A stretch of DNA of 64,000 nucleotides, from assembly GCA_034430615.1 (NCBI GenBank), contig DAOUEJ010000017.1:11079-75078 (forward strand), in the 5' to 3' direction. Origin of the DNA: Anaerolineales bacterium. Lineage in GTDB: Bacteria; Chloroflexota; Anaerolineae; Anaerolineales; E44-bin32. The notes beneath the pieces were generated by a model. The model was not told where the DNA came from, did not search any database, and saw nothing but the letters and a program-made list of their open reading frames with translations. The translations under genes and the position numbers were made by a program. Shown here in pieces: positions 47,750 through 56,926 of the stretch. The stretch's first letter is position 1; the number at the start of each line of letters is the position of its first letter.

Positions 47750-48741
47750 GCGTTCCTTCCGGCGACGTATTCCCATCGCCAGCAAGCGACAATATGTCCT
47801 TCGTCATCCGTGGGCTCCAACGGCGGCATTTCCTCTAGGCATTGATCTGCTCGATAAGTGCATCGAGCATAAAATGGGCATCCCTGCGGCAAGGCGATCA
47901 AATCCGGTGGTAAGCCGGGGATTGAGACCAACTTTGTGCCCGGTGTCTCATCCAAGCGAGGCAGCGATCCAAGCAAACCAATTGTATAAGGGTGGCGAGT
48001 GCGTTTATAGATACTGTGCACATCGCCTCTCTCAATGATATAGCCTGCGTACATCACGTTGATCTTCCTGGCTAATTCCGCCACGACACCCAGGTCGTGG
48101 GTGATCCACATCACCGCCATCCCCAACTGCGCCTGCAATCGCCGTACTAAGTCCACAATCTGGGCTTGAATGGTGACATCTAGAGCAGTGGTGGGCTCAT
48201 CGGCAATGAGTAATTTTGGATCGCAGGAGAGCGCCATGGCGATCATCGCCCGCTGCCGCATACCACCGGAGAATTGATGAGGGTAATCGTTCAGTCGATT
48301 ATTTGCTGCTGGGATACCTACCATCTCCAGTAATTCCCCCGCCCGTCCTTTGGCTTCAGTCTCTGTCATTGCGAAGTGAATCTTCAACGCCTCGACAATC
48401 TGAGCACCCACGGTGAAGACAGGATTGAGTGATGTCATCGGATCCTGAAAGACCATCGCAATCTCTGCCCCCCGGACCAACCGCATGTCGCCGGAACTGA
48501 GCTTCAAGAGATCACGACCGTCATCAAAGATAACTTCACCCGCGTCGATTTTCCCCGGAGGACTAGGGATCAAGCGCATTATGGAAAGCGCATGAACGGT
48601 CTTTCCGCAACCGCTCTCGCCCACGACACCCAAAGTCTCGCCCGCCTCCATAGCGTACGATATCCCGTTCACGGCATGGACGATGCCTTCATCTGTGTAG
48701 AAACGGGTTGCTAGGTTTTTTACCTGTAATAATGCTTCCAT
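47746..48741 (-). CDS. Dipeptide/oligopeptide ABC ATP-binding protein (DppD/OppD-like)
   Basis: [35 protein letters not shown]. Confidence 0.93.
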   Translation of the reverse strand: MEALLQVKNLATRFYTDEGIVHAVNGISYAMEAGETLGVVGESGCGKTVHALSIMRLIPSPPGKIDAGEVIFDDGRDLLKLSSGDMRLVRGAEIAMVFQDPMTSLNPVFTVGAQIVEALKIHFAMTETEAKGRAGELLEMVGIPAANNRLNDYPHQFSGGMRQRAMIAMALSCDPKLLIADEPTTALDVTIQAQIVDLVRRLQAQLGMAVMWITHDLGVVAELARKINVMYAGYIIERGDVHSIYKRTRHPYTIGLLGSLPRLDETPGTKLVSIPGLPPDLIALPQGCPFYARCTYRADQCLEEMPPLEPTDDEGHIVACWRWEYVAGRNA

Positions 48742-48803
48742 CGGTTCCCTTATAAGAGAAATGAATTGGCAGAGTTACACAGGTTCCTGCTGCACTTATA
48801 AAG

Positions 48804-50045
48804 CTATACCTGAAGCTTTGGATCCAGGGCGTCGCGCAGGCCATCTCCCAGCAGATTGAAACCCAAAACACTCAGCATGATCGCTATACCCGGGAAGGTA
48901 ACCGCCCACCATGCGCCGCTTGCTAGATAGCGGTAGCTGGCGCCCAACATCGACCCCCATTCCGGTTCCGGAGGTATGGCCCCCAATCCCAAGAAACCGA
49001 GCGCCGCCGCCGATAAAATCGCGTTTGCCAAACCCATCGTCGTTTGAACGATGACCGGCGACAGCGTGTTGGGGAAGATATGGCGAAAGATAATGCGACC
49101 ATGCCCTTCCCCTGTCGCCTGTGCGGCCAAAATGTACTCCTTCTGGATCACCGATAACACCGTCGATCGCACCAATCGGGCGTAGATGGGAATACCAACA
49201 ACGCCGATGGCGATCATCCCCTTCTCCAAGCCCGGTCCAAGAAAAGCCACGATTGCAATGGCGAGCAGATAGGTCGGGAATGCCAGGAGAATATCCATCG
49301 CCCGCATGATGATCGTGGCAAGTGCCTGGCCGCCCAACGGCAGGCTCAAGATCCAGCCAATGAGTAATCCCAAAACACCGCATACGATGCCGATGTAGGG
49401 GTTTGCCCAGAACCCAAGGAGGCCGCCGACTAGAGCGCCTATTAGCGCAAAGAGCAGGATACGGAATCTTTGACCCTGAAGCAGATCATCCCAATAGGCC
49501 GAACTAATTCCCAGCCCCCCAAAGAAAATCATCTGTAAAGGCTGCCCCGCGATCCAAGCTGAGAGGCTTCCCAACGCGAGACCAATCCCGCCCATAAGGG
49601 CTATCCGTTCTGTTCGGAAAAGGGGCATGCTATCGTAAAACCCTGCCAGCAAACCAAGAATACCGCCAACGGATAAGGAGATCGCTACAGCAACCAGCCC
49701 GACTCTCAGGGAATTCCAGCCACCATGAATCACGCGGCGAAAGATATCCCTCCCCAGCTTATCTGTACCGAAGGGGTGAATGGAAGCAATCTCCTCCGTG
49801 GCAACCAGATTGGGAGGTTTAAGTTTGAGCGAATAGTCGATATCTGTCCTGGGGTCGTACTCCCAGAAGAAGTGTGCGAATACAGCCGATAAGATGAAAA
49901 TAGCTACGATTGCCATCCCAAGGCGTGCAGTGTTGTTGGATATCATGCGGCGCCATGCGTCCACCCACAACGAGCGGTGTTCACGTACAGCAAAGTCAAT
50001 CGAATTAAAATCTTCGGGGGTTGCGTTAGTCATGCAAGCCTTCAC
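48804..50045 (-). CDS. Dipeptide/oligopeptide ABC permease (DppC/OppC-like) with about 100-aa hydrophobic insertion
   Basis: HPFGTD.LGRD, EAA-type motif EYILAA.A.G, LGFLGLG..PP.PEWG; extra TM block after LLAGFY. Confidence 0.9.
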   Translation of the reverse strand: MKACMTNATPEDFNSIDFAVREHRSLWVDAWRRMISNNTARLGMAIVAIFILSAVFAHFFWEYDPRTDIDYSLKLKPPNLVATEEIASIHPFGTDKLGRDIFRRVIHGGWNSLRVGLVAVAISLSVGGILGLLAGFYDSMPLFRTERIALMGGIGLALGSLSAWIAGQPLQMIFFGGLGISSAYWDDLLQGQRFRILLFALIGALVGGLLGFWANPYIGIVCGVLGLLIGWILSLPLGGQALATIIMRAMDILLAFPTYLLAIAIVAFLGPGLEKGMIAIGVVGIPIYARLVRSTVLSVIQKEYILAAQATGEGHGRIIFRHIFPNTLSPVIVQTTMGLANAILSAAALGFLGLGAIPPEPEWGSMLGASYRYLASGAWWAVTFPGIAIMLSVLGFNLLGDGLRDALDPKLQV

Positions 50046-51094
50046 TCGTGTCGGATGCGCGGGTCTAGAAAACCGTATGAAATATCGACTAACAAATTAG
50101 CGAAGATAAAAACAAAGGCTATAAGCATCGTGCCGCCTTGCACGATGGGGTAATCACGAGCAAGAATGGAATCATAAACCCATTTTCCGATGCCCGGCCA
50201 AGAGAAGATGGTCTCTGTTAGAACCGCACCGGCCAATAGACTTCCGGTCTGGATACCGATGATCGTGATCACCGGGAGGAAGGCATTTTTAAGTGCATGC
50301 TTGAAGAGCACCACCCGCTCAAGAGCGCCTTTGGCATGGGCGGTGCGGATGTAATCTTCTTGAAGCACATCCAGCATGCTCGACCGCGTCATGCGCGCGA
50401 TGATTGCCATAGGAATAGTCGCTAAGGCAACAACCGGCATAAACAAGTGCCTTCCGGCATCTATCAGAGCTTCCATGTTGCCGGCGAGGAGGCTGTCGAT
50501 GATGTATAAATTCGTGATCGCCTTAATCTCGATAGCGTGGCTCGCCCGGCCTCCACTCGGAAGCCATTGCAGGAAGACCGCAAAGAGCATGATCTCCATC
50601 AAACCTAACCAAAAAATCGGCATGGAGACACCTATGAGGGACCCTATCATGCTCACGCTGTCGAGAACAGAATTGCGTCGAGCGGCGGAAGCGATGCCCA
50701 CGGGGACGCCAATAAGAACTGCGATAAACATCGAGAGCATGGCAAGCTCGATCGTCGCCGGAAACCTTAACGCGAGAGTCTCTGCAACCGGGATGCGGCG
50801 GTGGATGGAATTGCCAAGGTCTCCTTGAAGGAGCCGACCCAAATAAAGTACAAATTGACTATCGAAGAAACCTGCGAAATCGCCCTCTCGCAATGCGTCC
50901 ATGTCCAAGAATGCCGGTCGGTTTAACCCCAGTTGCTCGCGGATCCGCTCCACGTTCTCCTGTGCGGCATGTTCCCCCAACATCGCCACGGCGGGGTCGC
51001 CGGGGATGAGGCGTTGGAACATAAAAATTACAAAGACAACGCCCAGCAGAGTTGGGACTAAGGTAATAAGCCTGCGGATGATGTATCGAGTCAA
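50042..51094 (-). CDS. Dipeptide/oligopeptide ABC permease (DppB/OppB-like)
   Basis: IPGDPA, GDLG.S, RFPAT.EL, EDYIRTA.AKG, TETIFSWPGIG, RDYP.VQ. Confidence 0.93.
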   Translation of the reverse strand: MTRYIIRRLITLVPTLLGVVFVIFMFQRLIPGDPAVAMLGEHAAQENVERIREQLGLNRPAFLDMDALREGDFAGFFDSQFVLYLGRLLQGDLGNSIHRRIPVAETLALRFPATIELAMLSMFIAVLIGVPVGIASAARRNSVLDSVSMIGSLIGVSMPIFWLGLMEIMLFAVFLQWLPSGGRASHAIEIKAITNLYIIDSLLAGNMEALIDAGRHLFMPVVALATIPMAIIARMTRSSMLDVLQEDYIRTAHAKGALERVVLFKHALKNAFLPVITIIGIQTGSLLAGAVLTETIFSWPGIGKWVYDSILARDYPIVQGGTMLIAFVFIFANLLVDISYGFLDPRIRHE

Positions 51095-51117
51095 GCGCCC
51101 TCCCTTTGTAGGGCATT

Positions 51118-51144
51118 AGGGGGGCGGATGTTATCCGCCCCCCC
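51118..51144. other. Intercistronic hairpin after the substrate-binding protein gene (mRNA stabiliser or partial terminator)
   Basis: AGGGGGGCGGAT-gtt-ATCCGCCCCCCT, perfect 12-bp stem. Confidence 0.65.
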
Positions 51145-51199
51145 TGTTAGACCACTCGATAAAGCAGGGCTTTTATCGATTGGAGCGATAGTTCGGCTC

Positions 51200-52966
51200 C
51201 TACTCGATAACCGTCCATTCGAAGTAGTCGGCACCGACAGGCTGCGGTACATAGCCGCTAACCTTCGAGGAGAAGATCAGCGGGGTATTGTTGTGGGCGA
51301 TCCAGATGCGAGCGACATCATCATGGAGCAGCTGCTCGACCTGTTCATAGAGCGCCTGTCGTTCTGCCTGATTGGGATTTATTGCTGCCTTGTAGAGCAA
51401 GGTGGCGACTTCCTGGTTTGCGTACCAACCCTCGCGAGCATCGGGTTCCTTTACCTCATCAGCAGAGCTTAATCCGCCAAAGAAGTAGTTGAGGAAGTTG
51501 TCCGGGTCGCCGTTGTCGCCGCCCCAACCCAACATGTACAGTCCCATGAGGAGGCCATTGCGGCGCAGGCCAAGATAGGTCGACCAGTCACCAGCCAGCT
51601 CGAGGTTGGCCACGATGCCCGAATTCGCCAGGTCCGCAGCCATCGCCGTACCAATTTCCTCCGGGCTTGGATAGTAGAAGCGTGTAACGGGCATGTAATA
51701 CAACGTCAGCGGAATCTTCTGACCGGCAGTGTACACTACGTTCCCATCAGCATCTACAAGATCTTCTGCGACGGTCACCTCGGATAAACCATCCGGGAAA
51801 CCTGCGTCCGCCAAGTATTGCTTCGCCAGGTCAGGATCATACGCATAACCCACGATGTCTGTGTTCTTGCCCCAGATCAACGGCGGTAGGAATGTGTCCG
51901 CTGCTTCGCCATAGGCACCGTAGAAGTTCTCGACCAACCCTGGGCGGTTCATGGCGTGGTAGATCGCCAAGCGGACGTTCTTGTCCTGGAACTCTGTGAT
52001 CTTGTAGTTGAACGCCAGATAGGCCGTATTCAGGGCGGGTCGGGTTAGTACATACAGATCAGGATCGGCTTCTGCCGATGCCAGATCCTCTACAACCGCC
52101 TGCTCGAGGGCGTGGATATCTCCAGCCTTCAGAGCCAGGAAACGAGCCGAGTCGTCGGGGATCACACGGAAGATAATCTCATCGATGCTCGGTGCGCCGC
52201 CCCAGTAATCGGCATTGGCTACTACTGTGATGCTGTCGCCCTCGATCCATTCGACAAACTTGAAGGGTCCGGTACCGACGCAGCCCCCAGCAGGCGTACC
52301 GTAGTCTTCACCGGCTGCTTCGATCGCTGCCGGGCTGGAGATGGCGAACATGTCCATAGCCAGGTTAGCCAAGAACGGAGCCAGTGGGGCCGCCAATGCG
52401 AATTTTATGGTGTAGTCGTCAATCTTCTCAACAGCCGTGATCACACTGTCGCCATCGAAGCCAAACCACATGTACTCGTAGTACTCGAACACCTGGCTTT
52501 CGAAGTGATAGGGGTTGGCAGTGAACTTCCAGCGGTCAAAGTTGAAGATAACCGCATCGGCGTTGAAATCCGTGCCGTCATGGAACTTAACGCCCTCACG
52601 CAGCGCACAGGTCCATTCGGTGCTGTCCGCGTTCGCGGTGCACCCCGTCGCCAGCGCCGGGATCGGTGTCGTTGAGCCGGGCTCGTACTGGTATAGAGGC
52701 TCGAGGACCTGTCCCGTCACACGGAAGCTCTCGCCATCGGTAACGATGGACGGATCCAACTGAACCGAGTCTCCACCGCGACCGAAGATGAAAGTCTTCG
52801 GCTCAGCAGGCATAGCGGGTTCAGCAGGCGCAGCGGGCTCAGCAGGCGCAGCGGGCTCTGCTGGTTCTGCAGGTGGTGCTTCCGTTACCGCGCCACCGCA
52901 GGCTGTCAAGAGCATGCTCGCCATGACGAGCATACTTATAAGTAGAAACAAATTTCGGCGTTTCAC
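51200..52966 (-). CDS. Peptide ABC substrate-binding lipoprotein (DppA-like, family 5)
   Basis: Lipobox LTAC; LDP, LREGVKFHDGT.F.A..V.FN, GTGPFKF, GW.GDNGDPDNF. Confidence 0.93.
   Translation of the reverse strand: MKRRNLFLLISMLVMASMLLTACGGAVTEAPPAEPAEPAAPAEPAAPAEPAMPAEPKTFIFGRGGDSVQLDPSIVTDGESFRVTGQVLEPLYQYEPGSTTPIPALATGCTANADSTEWTCALREGVKFHDGTDFNADAVIFNFDRWKFTANPYHFESQVFEYYEYMWFGFDGDSVITAVEKIDDYTIKFALAAPLAPFLANLAMDMFAISSPAAIEAAGEDYGTPAGGCVGTGPFKFVEWIEGDSITVVANADYWGGAPSIDEIIFRVIPDDSARFLALKAGDIHALEQAVVEDLASAEADPDLYVLTRPALNTAYLAFNYKITEFQDKNVRLAIYHAMNRPGLVENFYGAYGEAADTFLPPLIWGKNTDIVGYAYDPDLAKQYLADAGFPDGLSEVTVAEDLVDADGNVVYTAGQKIPLTLYYMPVTRFYYPSPEEIGTAMAADLANSGIVANLELAGDWSTYLGLRRNGLLMGLYMLGWGGDNGDPDNFLNYFFGGLSSADEVKEPDAREGWYANQEVATLLYKAAINPNQAERQALYEQVEQLLHDDVARIWIAHNNTPLIFSSKVSGYVPQPVGADYFEWTVIE
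52797..52868 (-). repeat. Four imperfect 18-bp tandem repeats encoding the PAEPA(A/M) linker
   Basis: GCGGG(C/T)TCAGCAGGCGCA units within the DppA-like N-terminus. Confidence 0.8.
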
Positions 52967-53034
52967 GTTATTCTCCTCCTGTAAGTGTTTGGTTTATAGG
53001 TGTTCATTGCGAACTTCGGTTGGTCGTCCTCCAA
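52963..53034 (-). CDS. Candidate 23-aa leader ORF (MEDDQPKFAMNTYKPNTYRRRIT)
   Basis: AAGGAGGTGA SD (53047-53038), TTG start, TGA overlapping the GTG of the DppA-like gene. Confidence 0.4.
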   Translation of the reverse strand: MEDDQPKFAMNTYKPNTYRRRIT

Positions 53035-53148
53035 GCCTCACCTCCTTCCCAAGGATAGATTGACTGTGCTTCGCAGCCCGCACTCTACTTTGCGAATGCA
53101 GGTTGTGGCGCGCAGTAGCTGCACTAGAACGGTGCTTTATCGTACTGC

Positions 53149-53177
53149 ATTGTATATCTCATACCGGAGAGGGTCAA
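53149..53177 (-). promoter_or_regulatory. Sigma70-type promoter of the peptide ABC operon
   Basis: TTGACC-17 bp-TACAAT. Confidence 0.7.
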
Positions 53178-53248
53178 CAGCGGTTCAAAGCGCTTGCCTC
53201 CCCGGCCCGGAGACCTACAATCTAGGCCACATCCAACTGGAGGCAAAC

Positions 53249-54445
53249 ATGGAACGTTTCCCCTACCGCCGCACTTTCCTGCTCGGTTTTGGTTTCTTCG
53301 GTATCAGCATCATCTGGCCGCTCTTCAACAGCCTGATCCCCCCTATGCTGGAGGACCTTGGACTCTCCGCCCTTGTGGTTGGTTTCATCCTCACCTGGGA
53401 TAACATCATCAACATGTTCGTTCAACCCTGGGTCGGGAGCCTGTCGGACCGCACGCGCTCTCGCTTCGGTCGGCGCAAACCCTTCCTGATGCTGGGCGCA
53501 CCCATGGCGGCAGTCTTCTTCATCCTAGTGCCGTTCGTACGTGAGAACTTCATCCTGATCGGGCTGGCGATACTGGGGACCAACATCGGCATGGCCATCT
53601 TCCGCTCACCCACGATCGCCTACCTTGGCGATCTCTTCCAGCCGGGTGACCGGAGCAAGGCCAACGGCGTGATCAATTTAATGGGTGGCCTGGGGGGTGC
53701 GGTAGCGCTCTTCGGTGGGGGCGCGCTCTATAAGCTCGGTGTTCCACTCCCGTTCATCGTCGGGGCGGGAATCATGCTCCTGGCCATCCTGGTTGTGGTC
53801 CTGGTCGTGCGCGAGCCAGCCGAACTCGATCCCGGTATTGATCTGCCCGAGACGGGCCTGCTGAAGAGTATCCGCAGCGTGCTCAGCGGTTCGGACCGCA
53901 GCCCGGTCATGATCCTTGTGGCGATCTTCTTCTGGTTCGTGGGCTGGAATGCCATGGAAGCCTTCTTTACGATCTATGCTCGCAACGTGCTCGGCATCGA
54001 TGTCGGATCCGGCACCCAGATGCTGACGGCGTTCGCCGCAGCGTTGATCCTGTTTGCGATCCCGAGTGGACTGCTCGCTACGCGCATTGGACGTAAACCG
54101 ACGATCCTGACCGGGCTAGTCGGAATGTTCCTGGGACTGTTTGTAGGTTTCTTTATCCGGGACGCAACCGTGCTGCTCGTAACCCTGGCGTTGATGGGCG
54201 CCTTCTGGGCGCTCGTCAACATCAACTCACTTCCCATGGTCTACGATCTGGGGGATGACTCCAACATCGGTTCCTACACCGGACTATACTACTTCGCCTC
54301 TTCGGCGGCGGCGATCACAGGACCTATCCTAGCCGGGTGGCTGATCGACATCAGCGGCCATACCACGATCTGGATCTTCTCGGCGGTGTTCATGGGTCTG
54401 GCGATCTGGGCGACTTCGCGCGTGCACGCGCCGGAGCGCGTGTGA
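53249..54445 (+). CDS. MFS transporter (sugar/maltose-like, GPH/SLC45-type)
   Basis: QPWVG.LSDRTRSRFGRRKPF, RS..NG.INLMGG; about 12 TMs; GGAGG SD. Confidence 0.88.
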   Translation: MERFPYRRTFLLGFGFFGISIIWPLFNSLIPPMLEDLGLSALVVGFILTWDNIINMFVQPWVGSLSDRTRSRFGRRKPFLMLGAPMAAVFFILVPFVRENFILIGLAILGTNIGMAIFRSPTIAYLGDLFQPGDRSKANGVINLMGGLGGAVALFGGGALYKLGVPLPFIVGAGIMLLAILVVVLVVREPAELDPGIDLPETGLLKSIRSVLSGSDRSPVMILVAIFFWFVGWNAMEAFFTIYARNVLGIDVGSGTQMLTAFAAALILFAIPSGLLATRIGRKPTILTGLVGMFLGLFVGFFIRDATVLLVTLALMGAFWALVNINSLPMVYDLGDDSNIGSYTGLYYFASSAAAITGPILAGWLIDISGHTTIWIFSAVFMGLAIWATSRVHAPERV

Positions 54446-54504
54446 GCGTGAGTGGATGTAGTCAGGCCGGGTGAAGCTCTGAGGCATCCCCCGGCTAACC
54501 AGGA

Positions 54505-55761
54505 TCAAGAGGGGGTGATTTGCGTTCCATCGGACAGCACAGCATGCTTGGGGATGACGACGATGCCATCCCGAATTGACCACGATTCGGTGTCGAGATC
54601 AGGCCGGCCGTGATGGGGCTCGATGACCACGCCTTGCCCGATGCGGGCGTTCTTGTCGATGATTGCCCCTTGGATCCTTGAACCGCGGCCAATCCCCATC
54701 GGAGGTGCCCCGGGAGAGGCATCCCTTGATTCACCTTCGTAGTAATCGGCGCCCATCATGATGCTGTCGCGGAGCACGACATCCTCCCCGATGATGCTGC
54801 GGATACCGATGACCGCGTTCAGAATCTCGGCCCCTTCGATCACGCATCCATCGGCCAGCTTGACGCGGTCCAGGCGCACATCGTAGATCCTCGATCCGGG
54901 GAGAAATCTGGGGCGGGTGTAGATCGGGTTAATAGGATCGTGGAAGCTGAACGGCGGCGAGGCCTCGGTCAGAGCCAGATTTGCCCTGTAGAAGGTTCCG
55001 ATCGTGCCGATATCCTCCCAGTAACCATCGAAACTGTAACCACATACCCGATGTGATTCAATCGCCGCCGGGAGAACATCACCACCGAAGTCATCGTGTT
55101 CTGATTCGAGCAGTTGGCTCAAGACGTCCATCTTGAAGATGTATATCCCCATCGAGCCCAAATACGGCCGCTCATCGTCATCACGGCTCACGAAGGATCG
55201 CAGTACACCCGGGTCCTTTGGTTTCTCGGTGAAGGCCACGATGCGGCCTTCCCTGTCCTGCTTCAGGACACCGAAGCGGGAGGCCTCGTGCTCCGCAACA
55301 GGCTTGACGGCGACCGTCACATCGGCATTCGTCGCCTGGTGATGCGCGATCATCTCGCTGTAGTCCATACGATAAAGGTGGTCCCCGGCAAGGATGAGCA
55401 CATCAGTAGCTGCGGTCACCTCGATCTCGAAGAACTGCTTGCGGACCGCATCGGCCGTGCCCTGGAACCAATCATGGCTGGTCAGGGTTTGCTCAGCCGC
55501 CAGGATCTGTACCCAGCCAGCATGGAAGAAGTCGAAATGGTAGGTCTGGGTGATATGCCGGTGCAGTGAGACGGAGTTGAACTGGGTCAGGACCGCAATG
55601 CGTTGAATCTTTGAATTCAAGCAGTTGCTCAGGGGGATGTCCACCAGACGGTACTTGCCGCCGATCGGGACGGCCGGCTTGGCACGCAGCTTGGTTAGCG
55701 GCCAGAGTCGGGAACCCCGCCCACCCCCCAGGATCAATCCCAGCACATCACCGTTGGCCAT
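54505..55761 (-). CDS. glgC: Glucose-1-phosphate adenylyltransferase
   Basis: GGGRGSRL.PLT..RAKPAVP.GGKYRL.DIP.SNC, FQGTADA, GDHLY, F.EKP, YWEDIGT. Confidence 0.95.
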   Translation of the reverse strand: MANGDVLGLILGGGRGSRLWPLTKLRAKPAVPIGGKYRLVDIPLSNCLNSKIQRIAVLTQFNSVSLHRHITQTYHFDFFHAGWVQILAAEQTLTSHDWFQGTADAVRKQFFEIEVTAATDVLILAGDHLYRMDYSEMIAHHQATNADVTVAVKPVAEHEASRFGVLKQDREGRIVAFTEKPKDPGVLRSFVSRDDDERPYLGSMGIYIFKMDVLSQLLESEHDDFGGDVLPAAIESHRVCGYSFDGYWEDIGTIGTFYRANLALTEASPPFSFHDPINPIYTRPRFLPGSRIYDVRLDRVKLADGCVIEGAEILNAVIGIRSIIGEDVVLRDSIMMGADYYEGESRDASPGAPPMGIGRGSRIQGAIIDKNARIGQGVVIEPHHGRPDLDTESWSIRDGIVVIPKHAVLSDGTQITPS

Positions 55762-55830
55762 TTTTCGCTCTCCATCCGCGACAAACCGAGAGTCCGGGAC
55801 ATTCGCACACCGTATCCCGGGCCGCAAGGA

Positions 55831-56037
55831 TCAGGAACGTAATTCCCCCTCGATCTCCAGGTGCAAAGGCGTCTCAGGAGGCGTTGGCCCGTAATCTGAC
55901 AGATCCTCCAGGATTAACCTTATTTTGACGGGCTGACCCTGAGGGGTCCGGGCCAGGTGGGCCACCATGGCTTCATCGGCCTGAATGCCGAAGGTTTTAA
56001 GCAAGCGTCGAATTGTATCGCGCTCTGTTTCGGTCAT
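55831..56037 (-). CDS. Small hypothetical protein
   Basis: AAGGAGG SD 6 nt before ATG 56037; fills the gap in a same-strand run. Confidence 0.65.
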   Translation of the reverse strand: MTETERDTIRRLLKTFGIQADEAMVAHLARTPQGQPVKIRLILEDLSDYGPTPPETPLHLEIEGELRS

Positions 56038-56055
56038 CACCATCCTCCTTTGATC

Positions 56056-56844
56056 TCAGCCAGCCGGGCCTGCCAAGAAGCCCGCTCCTGCCCCGACCAG
56101 CGTCGCCACCAGGTTCACCATGTCGTTGCTGATCCAGGTTACACCGCGTGCCAGGACTGTCTCTGATCCACACAAATGCAGCGGGGCGAGTTCCGTTTCA
56201 GACTGGCAGTTCGGACAATAATAGACCCCCTGGCAGCATGCGCCAAGCAGGCTATCCGCCATCGCTCCAACAAAACCGGCAACCGAGCCAGCGAGAAGGA
56301 TCTGCGGTAGCCCAAACAACCAGGACCCGGCCAACGCGATCAACCCGGCTCCCGCAACCGAGCCCAGCATACCCACCCCGCTGACTGCGCCTGAAGTCCC
56401 TGCCGGGACACGCCTGCCGCTCGTGATCATGCGCGGTGGTCCAGTTGAGAGGGTGCCCAGCTCCGTTCCCCACGTGTCGGCGTTGGCCGCGGCGAGCGCC
56501 CCCACGAACGCAAAGGCCCATGCAGATTCACCCGTGAAGGAAAAGAACGCCAATGCCACCCCTGCAACCCCACCATTGGCGAGGACCTGTGCCAGATCAC
56601 GTGCACCACCTTTGGCATAATGCAGGCTGGCGCTTCGTTTTCGCTCCCGAAATGAGCGGGTCAGCAAGCTCGAACTCCCAAAGAAGATCAGGAGCACGAC
56701 CGCCCCCGGCATGCCTCCCCAATGGAAGATGAGCCCACCGAGTATAGCCGCCGCGATCGAGCCCGAGCGCGACAAGGCCTCGTAGCGGTAGGCCAGGACG
56801 CCAATGACCGATCCAACTACCAGTCCGATCAAGAGGTTGAGCAC
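56056..56844 (-). CDS. DUF92 (TMEM19-like) membrane protein
   Basis: R...QVLANGG, A.ANADTW.TE.G, VP.GTSG.VS..G, DS.LGA..Q, N..VN; GTG start inferred. Confidence 0.85.
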   Translation of the reverse strand: MLNLLIGLVVGSVIGVLAYRYEALSRSGSIAAAILGGLIFHWGGMPGAVVLLIFFGSSSLLTRSFRERKRSASLHYAKGGARDLAQVLANGGVAGVALAFFSFTGESAWAFAFVGALAAANADTWGTELGTLSTGPPRMITSGRRVPAGTSGAVSGVGMLGSVAGAGLIALAGSWLFGLPQILLAGSVAGFVGAMADSLLGACCQGVYYCPNCQSETELAPLHLCGSETVLARGVTWISNDMVNLVATLVGAGAGFLAGPAG

Positions 56845-56868
56845 GTTGTGGAATTCCCTTGAGGCAAC

Positions 56869-56920
56869 TGTGGATAACCCGGCATAGCCCTGTGGATAAC
56901 CCGCCGGCAACTGTGCAGAA
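56869..56920. promoter_or_regulatory. Cluster of DnaA-box-like 9-mers
   Basis: TGTGGATAA at 56869 and 56891 (perfect), TGTGCAGAA at 56912; TTACCCACA at 56986 nearby. Confidence 0.65.
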
Positions 56921-56926
56921 ACCTGT

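Noticed and set aside
52959-52974. parS-like GTTTCACG
   Set aside because: Only the left half matches, the right arm is absent, and it coincides with a start codon.
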